This document shows, one piece after another, positions 8,090 to 18,457 of a DNA stretch of 64,000 nucleotides (position 1 is the first letter of the stretch; each line of letters opens with the position of its first letter). The DNA comes from an uncultured Candidatus Saccharibacteria bacterium (lineage in GTDB: Bacteria; Patescibacteriota; Minisyncoccia; Minisyncoccales; UBA10102). The stretch covers positions 3,164 to 67,163 of the forward strand of contig CAYHVI010000001.1 of the NCBI GenBank assembly GCA_964359655.1, written 5' to 3'. The notes beneath the pieces are model-generated. The model saw only the letters and a program-made list of their open reading frames with translations. It was not told the origin of the DNA and searched no databases. The translations under genes and the position numbers were made by a program.

Positions 8090-10852
8090 CTAGGATTTAA
8101 CTTTTTTATAAGCTTCCATGATACAAAAATTCGTGACCATAGTGAGGCCGTAATCTTGCGCAAACCTTTCTGCTTCTGGGGTATTCACGCCTTCAGCCAG
8201 CCAAACAGTTTTAATATTTCCCCGCTCTACCACGTCTTTCATACATCCTACTACTGCTTCGGGTTTTCTAAAAATATCCACAATATCAATGTGTATAGTT
8301 TTAGGGATTGCCAAAAGGCTTGGATACGCCTTTTCTCCCAGCACCTCTTGAATATTGGGATTCACAGGAATAATGCGGTAGCCCTTTTCTTGGAAATACT
8401 TTGCCACGATATGGCTATGGCGTTCTGGCTTATCCGACAAACCAATAACCGCGATGGTTCTCGCATTTTTCAGAATATCTCCATGCTTGATATCTTGCGG
8501 TGTAACCGTAACAGGAGACACGCCTTCCCATTGCCAGTCCGTAAGTTCTGGAGGGTCTTCTCCAAACTTTATAATGTACGCGGTGTGTCCTTTGAGAATT
8601 TTGTGGTATGCCGCAACCAAAACGTTTTTCCTTTCTTCTGAAACCACGCCTTCTTTTGCGGCAGTCTCAACAATTTCAATGGCAAGGTGGTAACGATCCG
8701 CTTCATTCCGAACAAGCATGTCAAAAGGCGTAGTTGTCCCTCCCTTCTCTTGGTAACCATGCACTGAAAAACGCTGCGGATTTTTGACATTAAAAAGCAC
8801 TGCTTTCAAGACTTCTGGATAGCCGTGAAAATTTACAATCACTGGCTTGTCGAACGTAAAGTATTTTTCTGCATGGGGGATTTGCGCATGGAATGCGTTT
8901 TCGCAAGAACATGCCGCTTGCAACCGCATGATGTTGACAAAACGAAGACGGATTGATGGCTGATCCTTTTTTACCAGCGCAAGTGCAGCCAATGCTTCTT
9001 TGCTCACATAATCTCCCACGCCCGCAAGAACAATATGAGGATTTTTATCACTGGTAAAATCCCAAATTTGAATGCCGTCTTGGAGCGCTTTTTTTGCCTG
9101 CGAAAAGGTCAGCCAGCGCGGCTCGGGTGTTTTTCCAACCACGACAACATTCATCTGGTTCTTGGAGCTAAGCGTTTCTTCCATTACCGCAAGCATGCTG
9201 TTGTCGTCAACCGGAAAATAGACTTTGATAAAATCGTTGTGTTTTTCCAGCATACCCGAAATAAAACTGGGGTTCTGGTGAGAATATCCATTGCGTTCTT
9301 GTCTCCAGACTGTAGATGTTAGCAAATAGTTTAGAGATGGAATGTCCAGTCGCCAAGGCACAACCCGTGCATATTTTAAAAACTTTTGGTACATATGCGC
9401 CATGCTGGAGAAAATCTGGGCAAAAGCTTCGTAGGTTGTAACGACCGCATGTCTGCCGGAAAGAATATATCCTTGGGCAAGCCCATGCATATTGAGTTCA
9501 GAAAGCATCTCCATAACCCGTCCATCTCTCGCAATATCTTTGTCTGATGAAAAATACGGCCAAACAAATGCACGGGAAGTTACCTGAAAAACATCGTCAA
9601 GCCGGTTGGAGTAAGTCTCGTCGGGAGACATTAAGCGAAAATTCCTCTGCCTTTTATTCAGCACAAAGACTTTCTTCAAGTAAGATCCCGCCGTTCTCAT
9701 GGCATTTGATTGCATTTCTCCTGGCGCGACAATCTCCTTGGCGAACTTTTCAACCTTTGGCAAGACAAGGGGCTTTACGGTTTTACCGAACACATGGGGA
9801 TTATTCCCCATAAGAAGGCTCTCTTCCGGTATAACAGACAATGTGTCTTTGGCAAAACCTTTCTTCTTATCAAACAATTCTCCAAAATGATATGATTTCA
9901 TCCACCCCTCAAGCGCGTGTAATTCCTGTTCGTCGCCCCGCACCGTGGGCATAACAACTTGGTGCGCTAAAATCGTTCCTTCAATTTGTTGCCCGCGTAA
10001 TTCTTTGACCGTGGTCCACCCTTTAGGGGTTTGGAGAATAATCATTGGGAAACGCGGCCGAAACGGAGCATTCAGTTTTCTTGCGTTGCGCTGGATTTTC
10101 TTGATGCGCTGGTAACAAGTTTCGAGAGTTTTGAGCATTTTTTCATCGATTCTTGGAGCCGCTACAAACAATGGTTCATATCCGTATCCTGAAAAAAGTT
10201 CTTTTAATTCGCGATTGCTCATTCTGCCAAAAATTGATGGTCCGGAAATTTTATAGCCGTTGAGGTGCAGAATTGGTAAAACCGCGCCGTTGGTTGCAGG
10301 ATCAATCAATTTGTTAATATGCCAAGCAGTCGCTATGGCTCCTGTTTCTGCCTCGCCGTCACCTATTAAGCAGACTGCGAGTAAGTCCGGATTGTCTAAA
10401 ATTGCGCCATAAGCAGAAGCAAGCGAATATCCCAGCTCTCCGCCTTCCAGAATAAGTCCCGGGATTTCCGGACTGCAATGACTGGAAAAACCATAGGGCC
10501 AGGTAAACATCTTGGAAATATATGCAATTCCTTCGGCATTACGCGCCGCCTTCTTATAATACTTTCCGAGCGTGCCCTCCAAAAACAAGTTAGCCTGCAA
10601 TCCCGGCATACCATGTCCTGGCCCAAGGACAAAAATAGCTGATTGCTTGTGTTTTTTGACTAAATAATGTAAGTGTCCATACACAAAGTTAATGCCAGGG
10701 CAGGTCCCCCAGTGGCCAGAAAGTTTTGGCTTGATATCTTCCGCTCTCAATGGCCGCTCAAGGAGAAAATTGTCTTGCAAATAAATCTGCGCAACAGTTA
10801 CATAATTCGCTGCGCGTATGTATTTATTGATGTTATCTAAAATTTTATTCAT
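8090..10852 (-). CDS. xfp: Phosphoketolase (XFP/XPK) fused to a C-terminal CoA-binding (YccU-like) domain
   Basis: [38 protein letters not shown]; tail [15 protein letters not shown]...IIPVNP...DIVDIFR...NFCI; start likely ATG 10852. Confidence 0.9.
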   Translation of the reverse strand: MNKILDNINKYIRAANYVTVAQIYLQDNFLLERPLRAEDIKPKLSGHWGTCPGINFVYGHLHYLVKKHKQSAIFVLGPGHGMPGLQANLFLEGTLGKYYKKAARNAEGIAYISKMFTWPYGFSSHCSPEIPGLILEGGELGYSLASAYGAILDNPDLLAVCLIGDGEAETGAIATAWHINKLIDPATNGAVLPILHLNGYKISGPSIFGRMSNRELKELFSGYGYEPLFVAAPRIDEKMLKTLETCYQRIKKIQRNARKLNAPFRPRFPMIILQTPKGWTTVKELRGQQIEGTILAHQVVMPTVRGDEQELHALEGWMKSYHFGELFDKKKGFAKDTLSVIPEESLLMGNNPHVFGKTVKPLVLPKVEKFAKEIVAPGEMQSNAMRTAGSYLKKVFVLNKRQRNFRLMSPDETYSNRLDDVFQVTSRAFVWPYFSSDKDIARDGRVMEMLSELNMHGLAQGYILSGRHAVVTTYEAFAQIFSSMAHMYQKFLKYARVVPWRLDIPSLNYLLTSTVWRQERNGYSHQNPSFISGMLEKHNDFIKVYFPVDDNSMLAVMEETLSSKNQMNVVVVGKTPEPRWLTFSQAKKALQDGIQIWDFTSDKNPHIVLAGVGDYVSKEALAALALVKKDQPSIRLRFVNIMRLQAACSCENAFHAQIPHAEKYFTFDKPVIVNFHGYPEVLKAVLFNVKNPQRFSVHGYQEKGGTTTPFDMLVRNEADRYHLAIEIVETAAKEGVVSEERKNVLVAAYHKILKGHTAYIIKFGEDPPELTDWQWEGVSPVTVTPQDIKHGDILKNARTIAVIGLSDKPERHSHIVAKYFQEKGYRIIPVNPNIQEVLGEKAYPSLLAIPKTIHIDIVDIFRKPEAVVGCMKDVVERGNIKTVWLAEGVNTPEAERFAQDYGLTMVTNFCIMEAYKKVKS

Positions 10853-10860
10853 AATGTTGC

Positions 10861-10897
10861 AAAGAAAAAAACCGCCCTGGAGCTTGTCGAAGGGCGG
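10861..10897 (-). terminator. Leader terminator upstream of xfp
   Basis: CCGCCCT...AGGGCGG then TTTTTTTCTTT; built on a REP-like element. Confidence 0.75.
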
Positions 10898-10926
10898 CGC
10901 GCTCATGTTACAAATAGTTCTTAAAT

Positions 10927-11106
10927 TCAATAACAAGAAGCGAAGACGCACCACCCTTCAAAAGTGGTTTTTTTCGCTTTTTTACTCGCGAGTGACGAAA
11001 CCTGAATCTTCGGAACCGCAGAGACTAAACCTCGACAACAACAATAACTCCTCCCCCATCTGGAGAAGGATTTTTCAGAGCCAAGATTTTCTCTTGCGTT
11101 TACCAT
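10927..11106 (-). CDS. Putative 59-aa leader ORF of the xfp-acs operon
   Basis: ATG 9 nt after TTGACA-17-TATGAT; 3' part contains the antiterminator arm. Confidence 0.45.
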   Translation of the reverse strand: MVNARENLGSEKSFSRWGRSYCCCRGLVSAVPKIQVSSLASKKAKKTTFEGWCVFASCY

Positions 11107-11153
11107 GATACTCAAATCATAGAGGAGTCAAAAAATAATGTCAACCCCTCCCT

Positions 11154-11828
11154 TCATGTAAAATTAATCACGATAACAAATTCGCCCTTTAGCTCACCTT
11201 TCTTGATTTCATCAATAACTTCAGAAATAGTTCCTCGATGCACTGTTTCGAATTTTTTGGTGAGCTCGCGGCCTACTACGGTTTGTAGTTGGTAGTTTGT
11301 AGTTTTTAGCTCGTGCAAAGTTTTCATAATACGATAGGGAGATTCGTAGAGAATAACAGGATATTTCGACTGCGCAATTTCTTCAAAAAACTTTTTGCGA
11401 CCTTTCTTTGCGGGCGGAAATCCAAGGAACAAAAAGCGATCCATCGGAAACCCTGCGATGCTTGCAATCGTCGTGAGTGCAGAGACGCCTGGAATTGGCA
11501 CAATCCTTACTGTTTGAAGCCCGGCTTCAAACACGCGGGAAACAAGCTCGTTGCCGGGGTCTGAAATTCCTGGAGTGCCGGCATCGCAAACCAACGCAAG
11601 GTTTTTCCCTTCTTTCAAGAGCTCAATAATGTGTTCAACTTTCTCAAGCCTGCTATGCTGATGATAACTTATCAACGGCTTGTCAATCTGATAATGCGAA
11701 AGGAGTTTTTTTGTTACCCTTGTGTCTTCGCACAAGATAAAATCAACCTCCTTGAGGATGCGGAGGGCGCGCAGAGTGATGTCTTTAAGATTGCCGATGG
11801 GAGTCGCGACAATATACAAAGTGCTCAT
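11154..11828 (-). CDS. rsmI: 16S rRNA C1402 2'-O-methyltransferase
   Basis: LYIVATPIGNL, CEDTR, DAGTPGISDPG, YESPYR, RELTKKFE. Confidence 0.97.
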   Translation of the reverse strand: MSTLYIVATPIGNLKDITLRALRILKEVDFILCEDTRVTKKLLSHYQIDKPLISYHQHSRLEKVEHIIELLKEGKNLALVCDAGTPGISDPGNELVSRVFEAGLQTVRIVPIPGVSALTTIASIAGFPMDRFLFLGFPPAKKGRKKFFEEIAQSKYPVILYESPYRIMKTLHELKTTNYQLQTVVGRELTKKFETVHRGTISEVIDEIKKGELKGEFVIVINFT

Positions 11829-12865
11829 TATATAACTACTGTTTTTTCCTCTTTGCGTTTTTTGAGAAAGTCGCGCAAGAACTCATAGAGCACGCCGGCA
11901 AGAGGAATTGCCAAGATTGCTCCCATAATTCCCCAGAACTGAACTCCAATGGCGAAAGAAATGAGCACCAGCGCTGGCGGCAGGCCGACAAAACGCTTGG
12001 ATAAAAGAGGCTCTAACACGTTGCCGTCGATTTGCTGAATAAGCGTAAAGGCTAAAAGCACGAACAAAGCCTGCAAGGGCGATTCCAAAGCAACCAACAA
12101 CGCAATAAGAATACCTGCGATTACTGGACCCACTATGGGAATGAAGTTCAGCAAAGCGGCCAGCGTGCTTAAAGAAAAACGAGATTGTTCTACTCCAAAT
12201 ATTAAAAGGGTGACATACGTTGCAAAAAGTACAAATAAGGAGCTTATAACCCTCGAAAGGAACCAGCCCGAAACTTTTCTCTGGGATTTTTCCCAGATAT
12301 TGAGCGCTAAAGTTTCATACTTTGGAGGAAACAATAAACTGATTATTCGTTCGATGGGACGATCTTCGATCGACAGAAAAAGCGCCACGCTGATCACAAA
12401 GATCGTTGAGAAAATGCCGCCAAAAATCACAAAAAACGCCTTGAAAACGTTTCCCGTATTTTGCGCCGCATCTTGAGTAAGAGCGTCCAAAAAGCTCTGG
12501 AAATCCTGGAAAGTTGCCACTCCCAGTCCCTGCAAGGAAGGAGAAATGCGCTCTTCAAAATACTGCGGGAGTCGATTGGAAAACTCCTGAACTTCATGAA
12601 TAAATATGGGCGCTGTAGCAAAAACTATATACGCAAGAAAGCCAAAAATACAGAAGTATACGAGCATCGTGGAGACAACCCGGGGAATATGCCATTTGTG
12701 CAGAGCATCAATGACAGGATCAAACAATACCGATATAATCAAGCCGAAAAGCACCCACACCAAAATTTCTCGAATCAGAAAAATCACGTATACAAGAAAC
12801 CCTGCGAGCGCAAGTTTCACAATTGTGCCCCACGAAATATCCAAAAGTTGATGATACCCGTTCAT
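11828..12865 (-). CDS. AI-2E family transporter
   Basis: Multi-TM; NFIPIVGP, QQIDGNVLEP, GIMGAILAIP. Confidence 0.9.
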   Translation of the reverse strand: MNGYHQLLDISWGTIVKLALAGFLVYVIFLIREILVWVLFGLIISVLFDPVIDALHKWHIPRVVSTMLVYFCIFGFLAYIVFATAPIFIHEVQEFSNRLPQYFEERISPSLQGLGVATFQDFQSFLDALTQDAAQNTGNVFKAFFVIFGGIFSTIFVISVALFLSIEDRPIERIISLLFPPKYETLALNIWEKSQRKVSGWFLSRVISSLFVLFATYVTLLIFGVEQSRFSLSTLAALLNFIPIVGPVIAGILIALLVALESPLQALFVLLAFTLIQQIDGNVLEPLLSKRFVGLPPALVLISFAIGVQFWGIMGAILAIPLAGVLYEFLRDFLKKRKEEKTVVI

Positions 12866-12869
12866 TGGT

Positions 12870-14135
12870 TTATACTTTCAAAAGTTTGAGAAATCGTGCG
12901 TTGTCTCTATGGGGGCCAAGCACCACGAGATTAAGCCTCTCTGGTTGGAAAATGTCTCTGGCAACGGCTTGAATATGTTTGGGCGTTACTTTATATATCT
13001 TATCATACAACTGCGCTGGAGTTAACATTTCGCCCCGCAAAAGCTCCTGCATGCCGTAAAAACTTGCTTTTGCGTTGGAAGACTCGAGTTCAAGCGCCAT
13101 TTTCCCTTTTTCGTATTCTTTTACCTTCGTGAGTTCTGTCTTCGATATTCCTGCGCTTTTGAGTTTTTTGTACTCTCTCAAGATAACATAAATCGCTTTT
13201 TCTACAGAATCATTTTTAACGCCTGCCGTTGTTACGAGATACCCGGTATCAGGATTGCTTTCGCTTGTCGTCGCAATATCGTATGCCAAACCGAGTTTCT
13301 CCCTCACCTCCACAAACAAACGGGAGCTCATCATTCCTCCCAAAGCAACGGTCAATAAATGCTGCGCAAAACGCTTAGGATCAGAGAGATTATACGCCCG
13401 CACGCCCAGTGCAATGTTTGTTTGATTCGTTTTTCTCCATTCTAATAATAGGTGCGGGGCATGCTGTTCGTCTCTCACCTGCACCCTTACCATAGAATTT
13501 GCAGTTGGGATTTGCGCAAACGCTTGCCGCGCTTTTTCAACTGCCCTTCTCTGTGTTACATTCCCGGCAATGCACACCACTGTGTTCAAAGCAATATACT
13601 GACGCTTGATATACGCTTGGAGATCCTGTCGGGAAAGCTGAAGAATACTTTCCTTTCTCCCAACAATATTCCATCCTGCAGGCTGATCGCCGTAGAGCAA
13701 CTGCATCCACAAATTGTCTAAGTGTCGGCTCGGCATATCATAATACATATGCAATTCTTCTAACACCACTCCTTTTTCTTTTTGAATTTCTTTGGGCGGC
13801 AGCTTTGAATGCAAAAAGATATCTGCCACCCAGTCTAACGCCAGATCAAAGTGTGTGGCATCCACTTTAGCATAATATCCTGTATAATCTTCTCCGGTAA
13901 AAGCATTATACAAGCCGCCTACCTGGTCGAGCGCTTCTGCCACCAAAAGAGGTGTGGATCTTCTTTGGGTGCCTTTGAAAAACATGTGCTCTAAAAAGTG
14001 GGAGATGCCGTTTTTGTCTCGGGTTTCGTATTTGGAGCCCGTTCCCACCAATACGAAAACGGTCACCGTTCTGGTGCTCCGTTGTGGAATTGTTACAATT
14101 CTCAACCCGTTTTTCAGCGTTGTTTTCTTAGGCAT
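12870..14135 (-). CDS. M16 (pitrilysin) family zinc peptidase
   Basis: HFLEH motif, NAFT, SSRLFVEVREKLGLAY; start ATG 14135. Confidence 0.93.
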   Translation of the reverse strand: MPKKTTLKNGLRIVTIPQRSTRTVTVFVLVGTGSKYETRDKNGISHFLEHMFFKGTQRRSTPLLVAEALDQVGGLYNAFTGEDYTGYYAKVDATHFDLALDWVADIFLHSKLPPKEIQKEKGVVLEELHMYYDMPSRHLDNLWMQLLYGDQPAGWNIVGRKESILQLSRQDLQAYIKRQYIALNTVVCIAGNVTQRRAVEKARQAFAQIPTANSMVRVQVRDEQHAPHLLLEWRKTNQTNIALGVRAYNLSDPKRFAQHLLTVALGGMMSSRLFVEVREKLGLAYDIATTSESNPDTGYLVTTAGVKNDSVEKAIYVILREYKKLKSAGISKTELTKVKEYEKGKMALELESSNAKASFYGMQELLRGEMLTPAQLYDKIYKVTPKHIQAVARDIFQPERLNLVVLGPHRDNARFLKLLKV

Positions 14136-15492
14136 AAAATTCTTTGTGCAACTTCTCTCGGAGCTTTTCAATTTGTATTCGTTCTCGCTCCATAGTATCG
14201 CGGTCGCGGAGAGTAACGGTATTGTCTTTTAAGGTATCGAAGTCGATGGTAACGCAATGCGGCGTGCCGATTTCGTCTTGCCTGCGGTAACGGCGCCCTA
14301 TGGCACCAACCTCGTCATACTGGCACATAAAATCTTTTTTGAGCAGATTGTGCACTTCCCTTGCCTTTGCCGCGAGCTCTTGCTTGTTCTTCAAAAGCGG
14401 GAATACCGCAACCTGCACAGGCGCTATGTGCTTGGCTAAGCCTAGCACAACTTCTGTTTCTTTTATTGATGTTGTCGTAGTGGTTCTCCCACCTTCGACT
14501 TCTTTGTAGGCATCTATCAGCAACGCAAGCATTGTCCGCTCAATTCCCAACGTAGGCTCAATTACGTACGGGATATATTTTTTACCGGTCTCCTCGTCGT
14601 GATAAAAAAGATTCTTACCAGAAAATTTTTCATGCTGCTTTAAATCAAAATCAGTGCGGTTTGCGATTCCTGCAAGTTCGCCCCATCCAAAAGGAAACTT
14701 ATACTCAATATCCACTGTGCGCTTGGAATAGTGCGCTAAACTTTCTTTGGGATGTTCGTATCGCCGCAGATTCTCTTTTTTTAATCCAAGGTCAATGAAA
14801 AATTGTTCCCATGCATCCACCCAAAAATCAAACCATTTCTCATCTTGCCCGGGCTTCACAAAGAATTCGATTTCTGCGATTTCAAACTCTCGTGATCGAA
14901 AAATAAAGTTGCCGGTTGTAATTTCATTGCGAAATGCTTTTCCTATCTGCGCAATACCAAACGGTATTTTCTGGCGCATGCTTTCCTGCACCAGCCTGAA
15001 ATTCGTGAACATTGATTGTGCTGTTTCCGGACGCAAATAGGTTATATGTGCCGCATCTTCCACTGGACCAAGAAACGTTTTGAACATCAAGTTAAACTGC
15101 TTTGCCTGTGTAAAATCCCTATCCCCGCAAGTGGGGCACTGATTTGGTTCTTTCGCCTCTCCTTGTCCAACAAAACGCCCGTCAATCATATGATCTGCGC
15201 GAAATCTGCTATTGCACGATTTGCACTCGATTAAAGGATCCGTAAAGTTTTCAATGTGACCCGATGACTTCCACACATCAGGATGCATTAAAATAGAAGC
15301 ATCAATCGCAACCACATTGTCCATTTGCTGCACAAAACGACGAAACCACTCTTTTTTGATATTCTGTTTCATTTGAGCGCCCAAAGGCCCAAAATCCCAC
15401 AAAGCTTCCACGCCGCCATAAATTTCAGATGAAGGAAATACAAATCCCCGCCTTTTGACAAGCGATACGATTTTTTTCATCTTGTCGTCCAT
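14128..15492 (-). CDS. glyQS: Glycine--tRNA ligase (alpha2, eukaryote/archaea type)
   Basis: LRPETAQ, GKAFRNEIT, IEPTLGIER, IGRRYRRQDEIGTP. Confidence 0.95.
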   Translation of the reverse strand: MDDKMKKIVSLVKRRGFVFPSSEIYGGVEALWDFGPLGAQMKQNIKKEWFRRFVQQMDNVVAIDASILMHPDVWKSSGHIENFTDPLIECKSCNSRFRADHMIDGRFVGQGEAKEPNQCPTCGDRDFTQAKQFNLMFKTFLGPVEDAAHITYLRPETAQSMFTNFRLVQESMRQKIPFGIAQIGKAFRNEITTGNFIFRSREFEIAEIEFFVKPGQDEKWFDFWVDAWEQFFIDLGLKKENLRRYEHPKESLAHYSKRTVDIEYKFPFGWGELAGIANRTDFDLKQHEKFSGKNLFYHDEETGKKYIPYVIEPTLGIERTMLALLIDAYKEVEGGRTTTTTSIKETEVVLGLAKHIAPVQVAVFPLLKNKQELAAKAREVHNLLKKDFMCQYDEVGAIGRRYRRQDEIGTPHCVTIDFDTLKDNTVTLRDRDTMERERIQIEKLREKLHKEFYA

Positions 15493-15553
15493 ATCGTTAT
15501 TCTAACCACATTCTCTCAAAAAATAAAGAGGGGTTCCGAATAAGTATCGCTAT

Positions 15554-15588
15554 GTCGCTTGTGAAGCCGATCGGCGTTTCAAGCGACA
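15554..15588. repeat. Long imperfect intergenic hairpin
   Basis: TGTCGCTTG...GCCGATCGGC...CAAGCGACA. Confidence 0.6.
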
Positions 15589-15653
15589 CGCTTCAAAACA
15601 AAAAGAAAATCGCGAAAGCCCGTTGAGCAAACAAACCTCCGTCCTTGGAATGT

Positions 15654-16706
15654 TTACAGCTCTATGTCTTCCCATGGGAATCCTGGTCTTCCAAAATGTC
15701 CATAGGTTGCCGTAGGTTGATAAATGGGCTGTCGCAATCCAAGCCGTTCAATGATGGCAAGGGGTCGAAAATCAAATTGTTTTCTTATCACATCAGTAAT
15801 ATTTTCGCCTCTTTCATTCAAAATTTGAACCATCAAAGGTTCTGCCCGGCCAATGGCATACGCCACTGACACCAAGCACTCTTTCGCAAAACCTTGCGCC
15901 ACGAGATTCTTTGCGACAAAACGAGCCATATAAGCACCACTGCGATCAACCTTTGTTGCATCCTTTCCGGAAAAAGCTCCACCACCATGAGGAATAAACC
16001 CGCCATAGCTATCCACCATAATTTTTCTTCCTGTTAAACCAGTGTCGGCAGCAAAACCGCCAAGAACGAACTTTCCGCTAGGATTCACCAGAATCTCCAC
16101 CCCCTCTGCTATACTGCCCAACAAAGGCTGTATCAGTTTTTCCACAATGGTCTGACGTATCTCTTCTTGAGAAATACCCTTTTCGTGCTGGCAACTTACA
16201 AGAATTTTCACTACGCGTCCTTCTTCAACGGTTACCTGCGCCTTGCCATCAGGACCCAGCCAAGGAATCCCCCTTGACTTGCGCAAACTCTCAAGCCCTC
16301 TTGTGAGTTGATGAACCAGAACAACGCCTCTGGGCAAATACTCGGGTGTTTCACGCGTAGCAAACCCATACATAATGCCCTGATCTCCTGCGCCGCCCGT
16401 ATTAACTCCTTGGGCGATATCTGGTGATTGCTGCACGACACGCACCAAGATTTCAAGGTTATCTTCGTATCCAGTTTCTCGATATACGGTGCGGGCAACT
16501 TCCGAGTAATCAACTGCAGCTCTTGTTGTGATTTCTCCGCCGACAACAAAGTATCCATGGCTGCCAAACGATTCAACCGCAACACGACTCAAAGAATCCT
16601 GTCTTAAACATGCATCCAAAATAGCATCTGAAATCTGGTCGCACAGTTTATCTGGGTGTCCCGATGTGACACTTTCGACGGTATATACGTGAGGAATAAA
16701 TGACAT
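15654..16706 (-). CDS. metK: S-adenosylmethionine synthetase
   Basis: ESVTSGHPDK, GAGDQG, DTGLTGRK, GGAFSGKDATKVDRS, YGHFGR. Confidence 0.97.
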   Translation of the reverse strand: MSFIPHVYTVESVTSGHPDKLCDQISDAILDACLRQDSLSRVAVESFGSHGYFVVGGEITTRAAVDYSEVARTVYRETGYEDNLEILVRVVQQSPDIAQGVNTGGAGDQGIMYGFATRETPEYLPRGVVLVHQLTRGLESLRKSRGIPWLGPDGKAQVTVEEGRVVKILVSCQHEKGISQEEIRQTIVEKLIQPLLGSIAEGVEILVNPSGKFVLGGFAADTGLTGRKIMVDSYGGFIPHGGGAFSGKDATKVDRSGAYMARFVAKNLVAQGFAKECLVSVAYAIGRAEPLMVQILNERGENITDVIRKQFDFRPLAIIERLGLRQPIYQPTATYGHFGRPGFPWEDIEL

Positions 16707-16772
16707 AGATTTTTTAGGTCTTCAAATCAAAAGACTCTCTTCTATGAAATTTCTAAATGGGGTTGACGGGCG

Positions 16773-18440
16773 TTATTGCACTTTGCCCATTTCTGGAGTA
16801 ACAGAATCGTCGTCGGCAAGCGCAGTGTCAATTGGACTATCCATTGAAGAAACCAATTGATCTGTGAACAAATCTTCTCCTGTGATACGAACTTCCCCCA
16901 CTAGCTCCGGAGTCTTCCCCTTATGAACAAGAGTTGGCGTAAATGCAATTTGGAATGCTACGGAGGGCGCAGGAACCTCTTGGAATACTCCGGCGCCCGC
17001 AACAAGGTCGCCAATCTCCCAAACAATTTCTCTTGAACCAGAATCAAAGGTGAGAGTACTGTTCTCCGGGAAAATCTTTCCTGTCAACTCCACGCCAGAG
17101 GGCAGTTTTGCTTTCACCCTTGCATTCTGCACGTCTGAATAGGTGTTTTTCGCCTGCCAAATAATAGTATAAGTATTCCGCTGGCCCACTACTGGAGGAT
17201 GCACTCCTTGGTTGCCAAACACATCGTCCTGGAAAAAACCTTTTTGATCAATAACAAGATCAGCATTGAGTTTTAGTTCAAACTCTGCGTTTACTTCAGA
17301 AAGCAAAACCCGATTTTTTAAAACCAGTTCTTTGTCTTGGGGGCTGAATATTTCAATCTCGTCTTGCACGTTAACCCAAAATTCAACCTTGCCTTCTTCT
17401 CCTCTTCCCAAAAAGCGGAGCTTTGGCACATCTTTTGCTTCCCAAATTATTGAATTGTCTCCACGAGAAAACTTTCCACCGTTTGGCTTAATACTTGTTA
17501 AATCAAAGGCGCGGCTGTCGAGCGTTACAACCAAAAAGAGGTTTTCCAAAATTCGATCAGTGGGGTTTTTAAAGAAGATTTCATAATGCAAGGCGTCGCC
17601 AGCAGAGGCCACATAGCTTGGCGAAGAATTCACCACCTGCGTTAAAAGCAGCTGGGGTTTGGTAATCTGCACCGCTTTTGTTACCTCCCGCATAACCGTA
17701 AACTTTCCATCTTTCCAGCTTCCGATCACCGCGCGAAATAATTTTACTTCCTGTACGCTTCCATCCAAAACACCTTGTATGACAATCCGTCCGCCTTCGG
17801 TGCGATTCAAAACTCCAACGCTCCACTCATTATCCCCAAGAGGAGCAGGAACAGCGCTTCGGAAGGAAAACCCCTCAGGGTAATCTATTTGAATACGGAG
17901 ATCTGACAATGGGTATTCAGAGTTTGAAAAATAATTCACCGTAATCCCGAATTGTTGGCCTGCCTCCATGCGCGAAGGGATGTCGAGGTCAAAATTCAGG
18001 GGAACAAAAGAAATCACAGACGTGGCGCTCGTTTCTGAACGGAAGGAAGCGTTGAGATTGCGTGGAGTGTAGCTTAAAGACGCTCTTGCCTCCTTAACTT
18101 CATTTTCCTTTCCAAATAATCTCGCTAAAAACCGCAGAGAAACCTCTTGCCCTGGATTAATGTCGTCAACCGTCTTTGTAATTCGTAATTCTTCCCCTGC
18201 GGAGGGCACAGAACCTTCGGGATACTCAAAAATCAAAGCTGCATTTTCAAGTTGTGTTTCCCCAATGTTTTTCCAGCGCACCACATACGTTGCTTCCTCG
18301 CCCATCGTTATTTTTTCCGGAGCTATAATCTCGAGTTTTATATCGCCTGTGGAGAAAACATTTTTTTGCCAAAACCAAAAACCGGCAACCGAGAGAATTG
18401 CAACCGCAAAAAGCGCCGCATACACAATTTTCAAACGCAT
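16773..18440 (-). CDS. N-terminally anchored extracellular beta-sandwich repeat protein (DUF11/Ig-like)
   Basis: Single N-terminal TM then about four repeated beta-rich modules. Confidence 0.7.
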   Translation of the reverse strand: MRLKIVYAALFAVAILSVAGFWFWQKNVFSTGDIKLEIIAPEKITMGEEATYVVRWKNIGETQLENAALIFEYPEGSVPSAGEELRITKTVDDINPGQEVSLRFLARLFGKENEVKEARASLSYTPRNLNASFRSETSATSVISFVPLNFDLDIPSRMEAGQQFGITVNYFSNSEYPLSDLRIQIDYPEGFSFRSAVPAPLGDNEWSVGVLNRTEGGRIVIQGVLDGSVQEVKLFRAVIGSWKDGKFTVMREVTKAVQITKPQLLLTQVVNSSPSYVASAGDALHYEIFFKNPTDRILENLFLVVTLDSRAFDLTSIKPNGGKFSRGDNSIIWEAKDVPKLRFLGRGEEGKVEFWVNVQDEIEIFSPQDKELVLKNRVLLSEVNAEFELKLNADLVIDQKGFFQDDVFGNQGVHPPVVGQRNTYTIIWQAKNTYSDVQNARVKAKLPSGVELTGKIFPENSTLTFDSGSREIVWEIGDLVAGAGVFQEVPAPSVAFQIAFTPTLVHKGKTPELVGEVRITGEDLFTDQLVSSMDSPIDTALADDDSVTPEMGKVQ

Positions 18441-18457
18441 AGATATCCTCTATTCTA

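Noticed and set aside
15493-15653. T-box before glyQS (also looked before ileS and argS)
   Set aside because: No T-box GGTGGNACCGCG consensus or U-tailed terminator in the right position
16707-16772. SAM riboswitch before metK
   Set aside because: Only 66 bp, with no recognisable SAM-I/II consensus
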